Positions 9,581-19,999 of a DNA stretch of 64,000 nucleotides are shown piece by piece. Under the pieces are notes generated by a model. It was not told the origin of the DNA. It did no database searches and worked only from the letters and a program-made list of their open reading frames with translations. Position 1 is the stretch's first letter; each line of letters opens with the position of its first letter. Made by a program: the position numbers and the translations under genes. Origin of the DNA: Promethearchaeota archaeon (GTDB lineage Archaea; Asgardarchaeota; Lokiarchaeia; Sigyniarchaeales; SOKP01); the NCBI GenBank assembly GCA_048937405.1, contig JBHLNF010000001.1, positions 752,785 to 816,784 on the forward strand, given 5' to 3'.

Positions 9581-11002
9581 CTAATCCTCCTTTAGTAAAT
9601 TATTTGGATCCATTAAAATTGTACATGTCACGTGAGAGCCTACACCTGCGTGAGAAATTGCAAGTCCTCTTTTAGCACCTTTAACTTGGAGACTGGTCCA
9701 ATCTTCTGGTTTTTCTCTTCCAAACGCTTTCCATTTCTCCTCAGACTCATGAATTTCATCCCATCGATTCCATATATGATAGCCAATCTCAGCAATTTGC
9801 ATTAATCCTGTTGCCCCTACAGCATGCATACATCCTATTAAACCACCACATGGATTACTCGGTAATTTTCCAGGTTTTTTAGTATGTGGATTAATAACAT
9901 ATGCATCTCCACTTTCAATATAATCTCGTCCTTCTCCGTAAGGTCTAATTCCAATGTCTTCATACGTCTGTATATCGCTAATTGTAAATGCATCGTGTAG
10001 TTCAACTAAATCAAGATCCTCCATTGGATCGGTTACACCTGACATATGATAAGCATAATAAGCAGACATTCTCGCTGCTAAAAAGCTTGTAAAGCCCGGA
10101 TAACGATCCCCACCTGGAAATTTTTTTCCCAAATCATCATATTGATTTGGTTTTTCATTTGGTAATAAAGGGATTTTCATGTCTCTTCTGTCTGCTACTC
10201 TTAAGGTATGACTGCCTGCAGCAATATATATTCTAAGTGGTTTGTTTGTAATTTCATATGCTGTTTTTTCATCGCATACAATTCCACAGGCAGAACCAAC
10301 ACTCATTAAGCAACAATCTAAAGCACGTAGAGGATAGGCAACTATAGGGGAATTAAGAACATCTTCAACTGTAATTTTCATAGGTCCTTGAGCGTGAGGA
10401 TTCATTCTAGCATACCCTCGATTTTTTACAGCGATTTCTGCCATAGTATTTCGAAATGAATCTTCTTCTTTACCAAATATTTTCCAATATCTTTGAGCCA
10501 TTACTGCATAATACCCCGTATATATATGTCCTAGAGGTGTTTCCCAATCTTTATCTGCCGCACAAGAAATAAGATGATTCCCTTCATCAGTTGGGACTTC
10601 ATCCATTCTCTCCCATCCTAGTGCTAGAGCACAATCACTATAACCTGAAGCTACAGCTTTTACAGCCTCCCACATAGCAGAACCACCTGTAGCACCACCT
10701 GTTTTTACTCCAATATTACCTAATGGATCCAATCCAAGTTTATCGTGAATTACAGCTTCTCCAAGTAATTGATCTCCGAAATGATCAGCAAAATGACCAT
10801 AGTAACAAGTATGAATATATTGTTTCAACTCAGTAGGAGTCATTTTAACAAAGTTAGCGGCAGCAGTTAAAGCGTCTATACATAATTCTTCAGTACGAGT
10901 TTCTGGGAAGGCTCTATCAAATTTTGACATTCCAACAGTAACCAAATAGACTGGGCGCATTAATCTCGGTATTTTTAGCTGTCTATTACTAAATTTTATC
11001 AT
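9581..11002 (-). CDS. Thiolase-fold (SCP-x type) protein lacking the N-terminal catalytic Cys
   Basis: VKTGGATGGSA where CASG is expected; IAVKN, LDCC, ELHDAF, HAVGATG. Confidence 0.85.
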   Translation of the reverse strand: MIKFSNRQLKIPRLMRPVYLVTVGMSKFDRAFPETRTEELCIDALTAAANFVKMTPTELKQYIHTCYYGHFADHFGDQLLGEAVIHDKLGLDPLGNIGVKTGGATGGSAMWEAVKAVASGYSDCALALGWERMDEVPTDEGNHLISCAADKDWETPLGHIYTGYYAVMAQRYWKIFGKEEDSFRNTMAEIAVKNRGYARMNPHAQGPMKITVEDVLNSPIVAYPLRALDCCLMSVGSACGIVCDEKTAYEITNKPLRIYIAAGSHTLRVADRRDMKIPLLPNEKPNQYDDLGKKFPGGDRYPGFTSFLAARMSAYYAYHMSGVTDPMEDLDLVELHDAFTISDIQTYEDIGIRPYGEGRDYIESGDAYVINPHTKKPGKLPSNPCGGLIGCMHAVGATGLMQIAEIGYHIWNRWDEIHESEEKWKAFGREKPEDWTSLQVKGAKRGLAISHAGVGSHVTCTILMDPNNLLKED

Positions 11003-11191
11003 AAAGACTTCACTTTTAAGATATTCAATTTTATTATTTATTGTTTTTATTGTTTTCAGATTGAATTAATATTTAATTCTTATGATTTATTTTGATTAAA
11101 ATCTTTCTAATTAAGCGTTAGATTATAATGGGAATTATTTCCTACATTATTTTGACGAAAATTTAAATTATTGGAACTTGTCTAATTTATT

Positions 11192-12523
11192 ATGGATATT
11201 AGAGTCCCAGAATTTCCAAAAATAGAAATTAGCAGAAAAATACCCGAATTTGACTTAATCAATAACCCATTACTTAATACAGAAGAAAAGACATTTCTGT
11301 CTATATTTTATGATTATATGGAAGAATATCTTGAAAAGGATTTAAATGCTTTAGAAGAATTGAACTATTCGGCAGAAATACCAATACAAGATAAGAAACG
11401 TGAAATAGTTGTTAACTTTATGAAAAAGTTAGCAGAAAAAGGATACTATAGTACAATAATAGATTTTGAAGATTATAAAGTAGGACGTATAACAAGAAAT
11501 GCTCTTATTGCATTAACATTATGTGGTGGTTTTTGGTCTAAAAATAGTGAAAGATATATAAATGGTAACTGGAGTATTGAGATGGGTAGATTGGCAGGGG
11601 GAACACTTTATTGTAACCCTCTGAATTATAAAGCTAATAAATTTCAAAGAGATGAATTTCTTATCCCTGTAGTTAAAAACGGTTTGATGGCAGCTTCGGC
11701 TATGACTGAATTTAAAATAGGCAGTGATATTGTTAAAATTGAGTTAACACTAGATGAAAAAGGCGATTTAATTATTGCGAATGGGAAAAAACTCTTTATA
11801 ACGAATGGGATGTTAGCAGATTATATTATCCTCTATGGTAGGCTAAATAATGGAAAATTAGGGGCTATAATTGTCGATACTGAACACCAAAAATTGAAAA
11901 ATTTCGAATCTTCCAGAGTTAGAACTTATGGAATGAATGATGCTTTTGTCAGTCGTTTAGTATTTAATAATGTAGAAATCCCCAAAGAAAATCTACTCGA
12001 AGCTGATGGTTTAGATCTTATGTTTCATCAATTAAATGAGGAAAGATTAATTATTAGTGCTGAGGCAATAGGTGACTGTATTAAAAAACTATTTTTTTCC
12101 CATAGTTTTGCCCTTCAACGTGAGCAATTTGAACATAAATTACACCATTATCAGATTATTAGATTTCCAATTGCTGAAAATATACGTCAAACTAATTTAC
12201 TTCTATCAGCATTAATAAATTATACCAGAGAGATTGATAAACATCCTCAACCATCTAATTCTAAAATGATCGCTTCTCAAGCAATGGGATTGAAAATTCA
12301 ATCTGCTGAATTAGCATTTCAATGTTCAATTGATTTGTTTAGAACTATGGGAGGACGTGCCTTTACTGAACAATATTGTAATCAAGTAGGACTTCTTGAT
12401 TCGTATTGCATGATTCATGGTGGAGGGAGTCATTATGTACTGGAAGATGCAGAATCGAGAAGATTTTTTAAAATTAAAAATGATCAATTAAAAGATCACA
12501 CAATTACAAAAGAGATATTTTAG
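11192..12523 (+). CDS. Acyl-CoA dehydrogenase (divergent)
   Basis: AMTE..GSD, NGKKLFITNG, QLNEERL, QREQF, MGGRAF, IHGG. Confidence 0.85.
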   Translation: MDIRVPEFPKIEISRKIPEFDLINNPLLNTEEKTFLSIFYDYMEEYLEKDLNALEELNYSAEIPIQDKKREIVVNFMKKLAEKGYYSTIIDFEDYKVGRITRNALIALTLCGGFWSKNSERYINGNWSIEMGRLAGGTLYCNPLNYKANKFQRDEFLIPVVKNGLMAASAMTEFKIGSDIVKIELTLDEKGDLIIANGKKLFITNGMLADYIILYGRLNNGKLGAIIVDTEHQKLKNFESSRVRTYGMNDAFVSRLVFNNVEIPKENLLEADGLDLMFHQLNEERLIISAEAIGDCIKKLFFSHSFALQREQFEHKLHHYQIIRFPIAENIRQTNLLLSALINYTREIDKHPQPSNSKMIASQAMGLKIQSAELAFQCSIDLFRTMGGRAFTEQYCNQVGLLDSYCMIHGGGSHYVLEDAESRRFFKIKNDQLKDHTITKEIF

Positions 12524-12634
12524 TTTTTTTTTTAAAAATATAAATACAAATATTCATCGATCTTGCACTTTAATTTTATTATAAATCTATAGAGGATATA
12601 ATATTAAATAAAATCTCTTAATTTATTATAGATA

Positions 12635-13606
12635 ATGGATAGCTACAATTTCGAAAGCTTTAATATTACACCATTAGTAGAACAATATCAAGGTAAACGA
12701 TTAGAAGATTTATATCAAAATTATGATATCATTAAAAATAAGATGGGTGAATTCATTGAATTCTTTTGGGAAGAAAAAGAAATTCCAAATGAAATAAATT
12801 TAATTAAAACTCAGAAAAAATTGTTAAATAACCTTAAAACTGTAAATTATATTGGAGAATTTATCGAAAGAAAATTGAATTCGAGAGGTATCTATACTCT
12901 AAGAGATTTAAGATATAATTTACATTTTAGTAGTTCAGCAAATCAGATTTTAAATTTGATAAAAAAAAAGAATTATAAGACTCTTTCAAAAAATAGATAT
13001 ATTAATGACTTGGATGTAAGTTTCTGTTTTAAAATTGAAGAGCTCCTGTTTTTAGACATTGAGACTTTAGGGATAATCGATAGTCCAGTTATTATTGTAG
13101 GAATTGGCTTCTTTAAACAAAATTCATTTAGAATATGCATTTATTTTACAAGAAAACGCGAAGAAGAAATTGCTATTTATGAACATCTTAAAACTAAGAT
13201 ATTTCCAAATCATAAATGCTTTGTAACTTATAATGGAAAAACTTTTGATATCCCCTATTTAGCAAATCGATTTTTATACTTTTTTGATGAAAATCCTATG
13301 ATATCACAGAAAGATCAACCATATGAGAAACATAACACTAAATTTCATCATATTGATTTGTTCCATCATTGTCGTCGTATTTATAATGGAAAGTATAACA
13401 ATTTTGCTTTAACAAATATGGAAAAAAAACTATTAAATAGGTCAAGAGAAAATACTTTACCAAGTAGCCTTGTAGGACTTTGTTATCGTAAATATAAAGA
13501 AAATCCCAAAAGGTATATTGGCTTAATTAAAGAAGTAATTGAACATAACTATTATGATATTTATTCTATGCCATTGATTCTAAAAACAATCTTAACAGAT
13601 TTTTAG
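12635..13606 (+). CDS. RNase H-like DEDD exonuclease (YprB/RNase_H_2 family)
   Basis: FLDIETLG, VTYNGKTFDIPYL, HIDL, HNYYD. Confidence 0.8.
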   Translation: MDSYNFESFNITPLVEQYQGKRLEDLYQNYDIIKNKMGEFIEFFWEEKEIPNEINLIKTQKKLLNNLKTVNYIGEFIERKLNSRGIYTLRDLRYNLHFSSSANQILNLIKKKNYKTLSKNRYINDLDVSFCFKIEELLFLDIETLGIIDSPVIIVGIGFFKQNSFRICIYFTRKREEEIAIYEHLKTKIFPNHKCFVTYNGKTFDIPYLANRFLYFFDENPMISQKDQPYEKHNTKFHHIDLFHHCRRIYNGKYNNFALTNMEKKLLNRSRENTLPSSLVGLCYRKYKENPKRYIGLIKEVIEHNYYDIYSMPLILKTILTDF

Positions 13607-13629
13607 AAAGAATTTAATATTTACTTAGG

Positions 13630-14016
13630 TTAGGATTTTAAAAATCGTTCTAGTGTTCGAAAAATTTGTTCTTCTTTAAAAGGTTTTTTAATGTAATCTT
13701 TTGCACCCTTTTCCGTTGCTTCGAGTATGGATAATTCTTGTCCCATTGCACTTACTACAACAATTTTAGCTTTCTTATCAAATTTCATAATTTCTTCAAT
13801 AGCTTTAATTCCATCTGTCTCTGGCATAACAAGATCCATTGTAACTAGATCTGGTTTTAATTTTTTGTACAATGATATTGCATCCTTTCCATTCGAGGCT
13901 TCACCAATAACTTCTGCAAAATCCATCTTTTCTATTACTTTTTTAATTCTATTTCTTACGAATTGAGCATCATCTACAATTAAAACTTTTTTTTTTTCTG
14001 ATTTTGACATTTTCAT
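13630..14016 (-). CDS. Single-domain response regulator receiver (CheY-like)
   Basis: LIVDD, TMDLVMP (phospho-Asp), VSAMG, YIKKPF. Confidence 0.9.
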   Translation of the reverse strand: MKMSKSEKKKVLIVDDAQFVRNRIKKVIEKMDFAEVIGEASNGKDAISLYKKLKPDLVTMDLVMPETDGIKAIEEIMKFDKKAKIVVVSAMGQELSILEATEKGAKDYIKKPFKEEQIFRTLERFLKS

Positions 14017-14215
14017 TCATCCATACTTGTTTCAAAAAATAGTTTTACTTATATATGAACTAAATTCATTATTTTAAATCTTTTGATTTCGCAAAGATTT
14101 GTATTATTAAAACGAAAAACTATATTATCAAATTTAAGAAGTAATGATAAAATGATTAATATCAATCTTTCAAGAAAGATTAATTTAGATTTGAAAATTT
14201 TGCTAATTGATATAA

Positions 14216-15901
14216 ATGAAGGATTTAGAAAAGAAATTATTTGATCAGTCGTGGAATTATAAGAATAGGGATAAAATAATTAGAAGGCTAAAAGAAGTTG
14301 ATTTTGATTTAGTGATTATTGGAGCAGGGATAACCGGGGCGGGTATTGCGAGAGAAGCAACAATGAGAGGACTTACAGTTGCTTGCATCGATATGCAGGA
14401 TTTTTCAGCAGGAACTTCTTCAAGAAGTTCAAAAATGGCTCATGGAGGGCTAAGATATATCACTCATGGAGAGATGGATTTAGTTAAAGAAGCTACAAGA
14501 GAAAGAAATTGGATGCGAATACATATTCCTCATTTAGTTAGACCAGTACCATTTTATTTACCAGCAATAGAAGGGGGAAAATATAAAAAACGAGCTTTAA
14601 CTGCGGCTGTAAAACTTTATGATTTTTTAAGTGATGATAATTCAGAGTTTATAAATTTTAAGAAACACCAATGGCATTCTCCAGAAGAAATTTTTGAATT
14701 AGAACCTGAATTTTTAAGAATTGGAAATTTAGGAGGTGCAGTATATTATGACAATAATATTGATGATGCCAGATTAACAATTGAGATATTAAAAGAAGCT
14801 GTTATAAGAGGTGCTGATATAGTAAATTACTGCAAGGTAATTGGATATATAAAAGAAAATAATAAAATAATGGGAGTTAAATGTCGGGATTTGGAAAAAA
14901 ACGATCTATTTGAAATAAAAGGAAAATTAGTTGTAAATGCAACAGGAATCTGGACAGATAATTTACTTGAACTATATCCTGATGATGTTCCAAAACCTTT
15001 GATTAGACCAACTAAAGGAGTTCATCTACAATATAGACGAAAGCATATTAAAAATAATATGGCAAATGCTCTATATTCTCCAATTGATAATCGAATCTTT
15101 TTTGTTATACCTCGAGATAAAAAATATACAATTTTAGGTACAACTGATACTGATTATGATGGGGATTTAATTAATCCCTTTTGTTCTAAAGATGATGCTG
15201 ATTACTTAATTACATCAACAAAAAAGTATTATCCAAATGCTGAATTAGAATATAAAAATATTTTATCAACATATGCTGGAATAAGACCATTAGTAATGCA
15301 AAAGGGGAAATCTGAAAGTGAAGTATCGCGAACTCATACAATTTTTTTCTCTGATGATGATTTATTAACAATTACAGGAGGTAAATTAACAGAATGGCGT
15401 GCTATGGCGGAAGATTTATTCAATAGAATAGAAGAAAAAGAAATATTTCCAAATATTAAAAGAGATAAGCATTTTAGTAGACAGCCTTTTTTAATCGGAC
15501 TTTCCAGGGAAGATTGGTTAAAAGAGTCAAAAAAAAATCATCATAGTATAGATCCTGATGTTTTAAATCATTTATATCAGCAATACGGTAAAGGTGTTAT
15601 TAAAATTCTTGAAATAATAAATAATGATGAATCTTTAAAAGAAAAAATAATTGAAGATAATACTTTCATAAAAGCAGAAATTCTTTATTGTCTAAGATAT
15701 GAGCATACGCCTCATTTAATTGATGTATTTTGCAGAAGGACAGAAATGTCTCTTTGGATTGATCATAGAATAGCCTCAAAAGCAGCAGAAAAAGTTGCTG
15801 AAATAATGGCCGATGAATATTCTTGGGATGAAAATAAAAAAAGACAAGAAATTGAAATATATATGGATTACATTAAAAAAACAGTCTCTTTTATTACTTA
15901 A
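14216..15901 (+). CDS. glpD: FAD-dependent glycerol-3-phosphate dehydrogenase/oxidase
   Basis: GAGITG, GTSSRSSKMAHGGLRY, DDARL, NATGIW, GTTD, GIRPL, TGGKLT. Confidence 0.9.
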   Translation: MKDLEKKLFDQSWNYKNRDKIIRRLKEVDFDLVIIGAGITGAGIAREATMRGLTVACIDMQDFSAGTSSRSSKMAHGGLRYITHGEMDLVKEATRERNWMRIHIPHLVRPVPFYLPAIEGGKYKKRALTAAVKLYDFLSDDNSEFINFKKHQWHSPEEIFELEPEFLRIGNLGGAVYYDNNIDDARLTIEILKEAVIRGADIVNYCKVIGYIKENNKIMGVKCRDLEKNDLFEIKGKLVVNATGIWTDNLLELYPDDVPKPLIRPTKGVHLQYRRKHIKNNMANALYSPIDNRIFFVIPRDKKYTILGTTDTDYDGDLINPFCSKDDADYLITSTKKYYPNAELEYKNILSTYAGIRPLVMQKGKSESEVSRTHTIFFSDDDLLTITGGKLTEWRAMAEDLFNRIEEKEIFPNIKRDKHFSRQPFLIGLSREDWLKESKKNHHSIDPDVLNHLYQQYGKGVIKILEIINNDESLKEKIIEDNTFIKAEILYCLRYEHTPHLIDVFCRRTEMSLWIDHRIASKAAEKVAEIMADEYSWDENKKRQEIEIYMDYIKKTVSFIT

Positions 15902-16010
15902 TCCTTTCCAACTTTATTTTTTAATTATTGGACTCCATTAGAATTATATTTTTAAAAAATAATATACAATATAATAACAAATCAAAAATTACATCGATGT
16001 GTGAAAATAC

Positions 16011-16673
16011 TTGATTTTCGCGTGGGATTTTACAGAAAATTTTTTACGACCTCTATCACAATGGGGAGGTTTTTTCTTTTTAATCCTTGGAATTATGTGG
16101 CTTATCTATGCTGCTTATGAGACAATGAGGAGAGGTTCTTTCAAAAAACGAAAAGTGGAGTCTTGGGATTTTGATATTACTAAATTTCTTAAAATATTGA
16201 CTTATCTGGGATTTATTGTTGGAATCTTTAGTATGTTGGTTGGAATAGGTGAATTAATATTGAAGGAACCACCAAGTGTAGCCTATGCAAATAATTACGG
16301 AGATGAGAGGAGTTTTTTTTCCGCTATTCTACTGATTGTTTTTGGAGTTTTTACATTTTTGAAACCTTTAAATGATCTGCCAATTGCTAGCATTGTTGCG
16401 TTGGTCATAGCTATTGCGGTTGGTCTTCTAGTATGCATACTGATTCCAGATACTTTAGTTGAACATATTGCCATTCATATTAATCCAAAGATTTTTTTCA
16501 TAGTAATATTTATCATTACTCTAGCAATTGTAGCTCTCATTGTTAAATTTTATATTGCAGGAATAATGGGTATTTCAAAAGTACTATCATGGCCTCCTTT
16601 CGCATTTATCGTAGCTATCGTGTGTGTAATCCAAGGATTTTTATTACTAGTGCTTGGCATTAGTATTTTGTGA
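16011..16673 (+). CDS. Hypothetical polytopic membrane protein (~6 TM)
   Basis: Multiple hydrophobic segments; no recognised motif. Confidence 0.7.
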   Translation: MIFAWDFTENFLRPLSQWGGFFFLILGIMWLIYAAYETMRRGSFKKRKVESWDFDITKFLKILTYLGFIVGIFSMLVGIGELILKEPPSVAYANNYGDERSFFSAILLIVFGVFTFLKPLNDLPIASIVALVIAIAVGLLVCILIPDTLVEHIAIHINPKIFFIVIFIITLAIVALIVKFYIAGIMGISKVLSWPPFAFIVAIVCVIQGFLLLVLGISIL

Positions 16674-16791
16674 TATTTCTAAATTTCTAAAATTTTTTTT
16701 ATCTTTTATTAAACAAATAGAAATGATATCTAAATTATTATGGATATAATAAGAATAAAGTTTTTTTTATAAATATTATTTCTTTAAAATT

Positions 16792-17277
16792 ATGAAAAGT
16801 CTTATAGTATACTTCACAATGGGAGGAAGAACGAAGAAAACTGCCGAAGCTATTGCAAGTTCTCTCTCTAATTATGAAGTGAGTTATTTTCCAATAGAAT
16901 TAAAAGGGAAATTTATCGAAAAGATAAAAAAATTAGATAAATTCATGAATAATGATTTTTCTGAGATTGAAACTGAATTAAATACTCTTAGTATCTCTGA
17001 GTATGACTTAATACTTATTGGTATGCCTACATATGGAAATTTTCCACCTAAAGTATTTGATGAAATTTTAGTTAGAATGGGATATCTTAGTGGAAAAAGA
17101 GTTATTGTTTTCAATACAGCTCGATTTACTGGTGGAAAAGCACTTGAATATATGAAAAAAAAAGTAGAGGAACTAGGCGCTCTTGTAATTGATCAAGCAA
17201 AATTTAGAAAAGTATTTTGGATTGGAGTAAAAAACGCCATAAAATTCGGTAAAAAAATCAATGAAAGAAAAGAATGA
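16792..17277 (+). CDS. Flavodoxin-like protein
   Basis: VYFTMGGRT FMN-phosphate loop, LIGMPTY. Confidence 0.8.
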   Translation: MKSLIVYFTMGGRTKKTAEAIASSLSNYEVSYFPIELKGKFIEKIKKLDKFMNNDFSEIETELNTLSISEYDLILIGMPTYGNFPPKVFDEILVRMGYLSGKRVIVFNTARFTGGKALEYMKKKVEELGALVIDQAKFRKVFWIGVKNAIKFGKKINERKE

Positions 17278-17339
17278 CTAGATATAAGTTAGATATTAAA
17301 GATACTAAAATATTTTTCAAAATTTTTAGAATATAAATG

Positions 17340-18452
17340 CTAAAAGAAACTAAATCTATGTAATGGTTTCTTATTTATTTCTCCAATAATGTCATTATTC
17401 AGATCATATGAACAATTTGGACATTTCTTTTCATCAGTCACATCAATATTTTTGAAACTATAACCTCTTCTTCCTATTAATAAAAAATTACAGTTTGGAC
17501 AATATGTATTTCCACCCTTCTCATGATTTATATTTCCAACATAAGGAAAATGAATTCCTGATTCTATTGCAATATTATAAGCCATATCTAACGTTTCATA
17601 AGGAGTTCGTTTCATTGAAGGCATTTTAAAATCAGGATGATAAGCAGAGAAATGAGTAGGAGTATCTTTCCCTAGATTTTCTACAATCCAAACACAGAGT
17701 TTTTTAATATCTTCCTTCCTATCATTTAAATCAGGGATAATCAAATTGGTAATTTCAATGTGAATTCCATTCGATTTAAATTTTTTTGCGGTATCTAAAA
17801 CAGGTTGAACAGATTTAACTCCACATATCTTTTTATAGAATTCATCAGACATTGCTTTAATATCGATATTTGCGGCATCAATTCCTACTTCAATCAGCTC
17901 TTTTGTAGCTTCTGGAGTTGAAAAACCATTTGTTACTAAAATCGTTTTAATATCATATTTCTTCAGAAGAGGAACTGTATCTATAATCCATTCATGCCAT
18001 ATTAATGGTTCATTATAAGTATAAGCGATAGTTTTTGCTCCACTCTTAACAACTTTTTTTTCTAATTGCTCAGGAGTCATTTCCACTAATGTCATACTTT
18101 GACCTTCATAACCTTGAATGTCATAAAATCCATTTTTTCCGTTGTCCGTTGGATTTGCTTGTGATATATTCCAATTTTGGCAATTCTGGCATTTAAAAGA
18201 ACAACCAATCGAGGCAATTGAATATGCTATGGCACCTGGATAGAAATTATACAGTGGCTTCTTTTCAATTGGGTCTAAACTTCCCGAAGAAATAAGTGAT
18301 CCATAAATAAGGGTGTAGAGTTCTCCTCGAAAATTTTTTCTTGTTCTACATATTCCCACTTTATCAGGTAAGATTATACATTCGTTAGCACATACATGAC
18401 ATTTCACTTTATTTTCTTCAAGAGTATCAAATAGTCTCGCTTTTAATTTCAT
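17340..18452 (-). CDS. amrS: AmmeMemoRadiSam system radical SAM enzyme
   Basis: CHVCANEC, DPIEKKPLYNF.PG, CSFKCQNC (CxxxCxxC), YTYNEP, C-terminal CPNC pairs. Confidence 0.9.
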   Translation of the reverse strand: MKLKARLFDTLEENKVKCHVCANECIILPDKVGICRTRKNFRGELYTLIYGSLISSGSLDPIEKKPLYNFYPGAIAYSIASIGCSFKCQNCQNWNISQANPTDNGKNGFYDIQGYEGQSMTLVEMTPEQLEKKVVKSGAKTIAYTYNEPLIWHEWIIDTVPLLKKYDIKTILVTNGFSTPEATKELIEVGIDAANIDIKAMSDEFYKKICGVKSVQPVLDTAKKFKSNGIHIEITNLIIPDLNDRKEDIKKLCVWIVENLGKDTPTHFSAYHPDFKMPSMKRTPYETLDMAYNIAIESGIHFPYVGNINHEKGGNTYCPNCNFLLIGRRGYSFKNIDVTDEKKCPNCSYDLNNDIIGEINKKPLHRFSFF

Positions 18453-18569
18453 ATAGTTAACCTTTTTTAGATAATAATTTACATATTTTATCTCTAAATA
18501 TATAATAGATATGAAATTTTATAATTCTTATAGATACAAATCATATCTTTAAAAAAAAGAAAAATAGAA

Positions 18570-19004
18570 ATGTCAAGAATAGAAAAAGCAATCTCAAATT
18601 TTGAGGGAAATTGTAATTGTGCTCAATCAATATTGAGTGCTTTCAGCACTGACTTTGGATTAAATAGAGAAATAGCATTAAAAATTGCAACTGGTTTTGG
18701 AGGTGGAATGGCTCGATTTGGTCGAACTTGTGGTGCAGTTAGTGGGGCGTATATGGTTATAGGACTAAGATATGGAATGGGTTTAAATGAGGATGTGGAA
18801 ATGAAAGAGAAAACGTATGAAGTTATAAAAGAATTTTCCAAACGATTTCAAAAATTATATGGTTCCGAACTTTGTAAAGAATTAATCGGTTGTGATCTTG
18901 ACACGCCTGAAGGTAGAGAATATTTTTATCAGAATAAGTTATTTGAAAAAAAATGTTACCATTATGTTAAAAATGTTGCTGAGATTTTAGAAGAACTATT
19001 ATAA
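18570..19004 (+). CDS. C_GCAxxG_C_C family putative redox protein
   Basis: NCAQS, FGGGM, TCGAVSG, ELC..L, KC. Confidence 0.85.
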   Translation: MSRIEKAISNFEGNCNCAQSILSAFSTDFGLNREIALKIATGFGGGMARFGRTCGAVSGAYMVIGLRYGMGLNEDVEMKEKTYEVIKEFSKRFQKLYGSELCKELIGCDLDTPEGREYFYQNKLFEKKCYHYVKNVAEILEELL

Positions 19005-19045
19005 GAGGATTATCGAAACACAATTATACTCAAGTAAAAATCTTT

Positions 19046-19966
19046 ATGACAGAGAATGAAACGGAATCTGCAAAAAAAGAATTAATTAAAGTATTAAATG
19101 AAAAATTGGAAAATCTAAAAAGACTAGAAGAAGTTGGTAAAGGTTCTAATTACATTCAAGAATTAAGTGATATTGCTTTAATTCAGCTTCAACTAGGAAA
19201 TTTTATCGAGTCAGAAGAAAATTATTTTATATGTTTAAAGCATTTCAAAAAACAAAAAGATAGACTAGGACAAGCAGCGGTTTATGGGTTATTAGCTACT
19301 CTATATTTTAAAAAAGGCAATTATCAGAAAACGATAGAATTCTATGAAAGCGCATTTGATATTTATAAAAATTTAAATCAGTTCCAAGAGCAAATTATTT
19401 GTTTAAAAGGAATTGGAAAGGCATACATAAAATTAAACCAATTTGATGAAGCTTGTGATTTTTTTTTAGATTGTAGTACTGTTTGTTCAGATAATAATGA
19501 TATCTATAATTTATTGGATTGTTTAGAAAGCTTAATCTATATCCATGAGATTAATAAAAAATGGGATATTGTTTTTGAATTATACAAGAAAACTCTAAAA
19601 GCCTTTAAAGAAATTAAGGATATTAAAGGTATTATAATAACTTATTTCAATTTAGGAATTCTTAAAAAAAAAAATAAAGATTTTGAAGAATCACTCAGAT
19701 ATTTTAAAAAAGGAACTAATGTAGCGATTGATGCAAATTATGTAGAACTAATTATAAGAGGTCTTGGTTATGTTGGTGAAATGTTATTTTATCGTGGAAA
19801 AATAAAAGAAGCAAAAGACCAATTCATACGAGCATTGCACATAGCTAAAAAAAATAATGCTAAAAATGCAATAATTCAAATTAGGATTCTCTTACAATCA
19901 CTTGGCATGCAAGATAAAAATATTATAGAAGAATTAAAAAAGATGGAAAAGAAAAAAATTTTTTAA
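19046..19966 (+). CDS. TPR-repeat protein
   Basis: Repeated ~40-aa helical units (GLLATLYFKKGNYQKTIEFYESA; GIGKAYIKLNQFDEA; NLGILKKK). Confidence 0.85.
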   Translation: MTENETESAKKELIKVLNEKLENLKRLEEVGKGSNYIQELSDIALIQLQLGNFIESEENYFICLKHFKKQKDRLGQAAVYGLLATLYFKKGNYQKTIEFYESAFDIYKNLNQFQEQIICLKGIGKAYIKLNQFDEACDFFLDCSTVCSDNNDIYNLLDCLESLIYIHEINKKWDIVFELYKKTLKAFKEIKDIKGIIITYFNLGILKKKNKDFEESLRYFKKGTNVAIDANYVELIIRGLGYVGEMLFYRGKIKEAKDQFIRALHIAKKNNAKNAIIQIRILLQSLGMQDKNIIEELKKMEKKKIF

Positions 19967-19999
19967 TACAAAGAAAAAATACCTAACTTTCCAATATTC

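Noticed and set aside
12635-13606. DEDD exonuclease as part of a defence or YprA-helicase system
   Set aside because: No partner helicase or defence gene is adjacent; XPD is about 44 kb away
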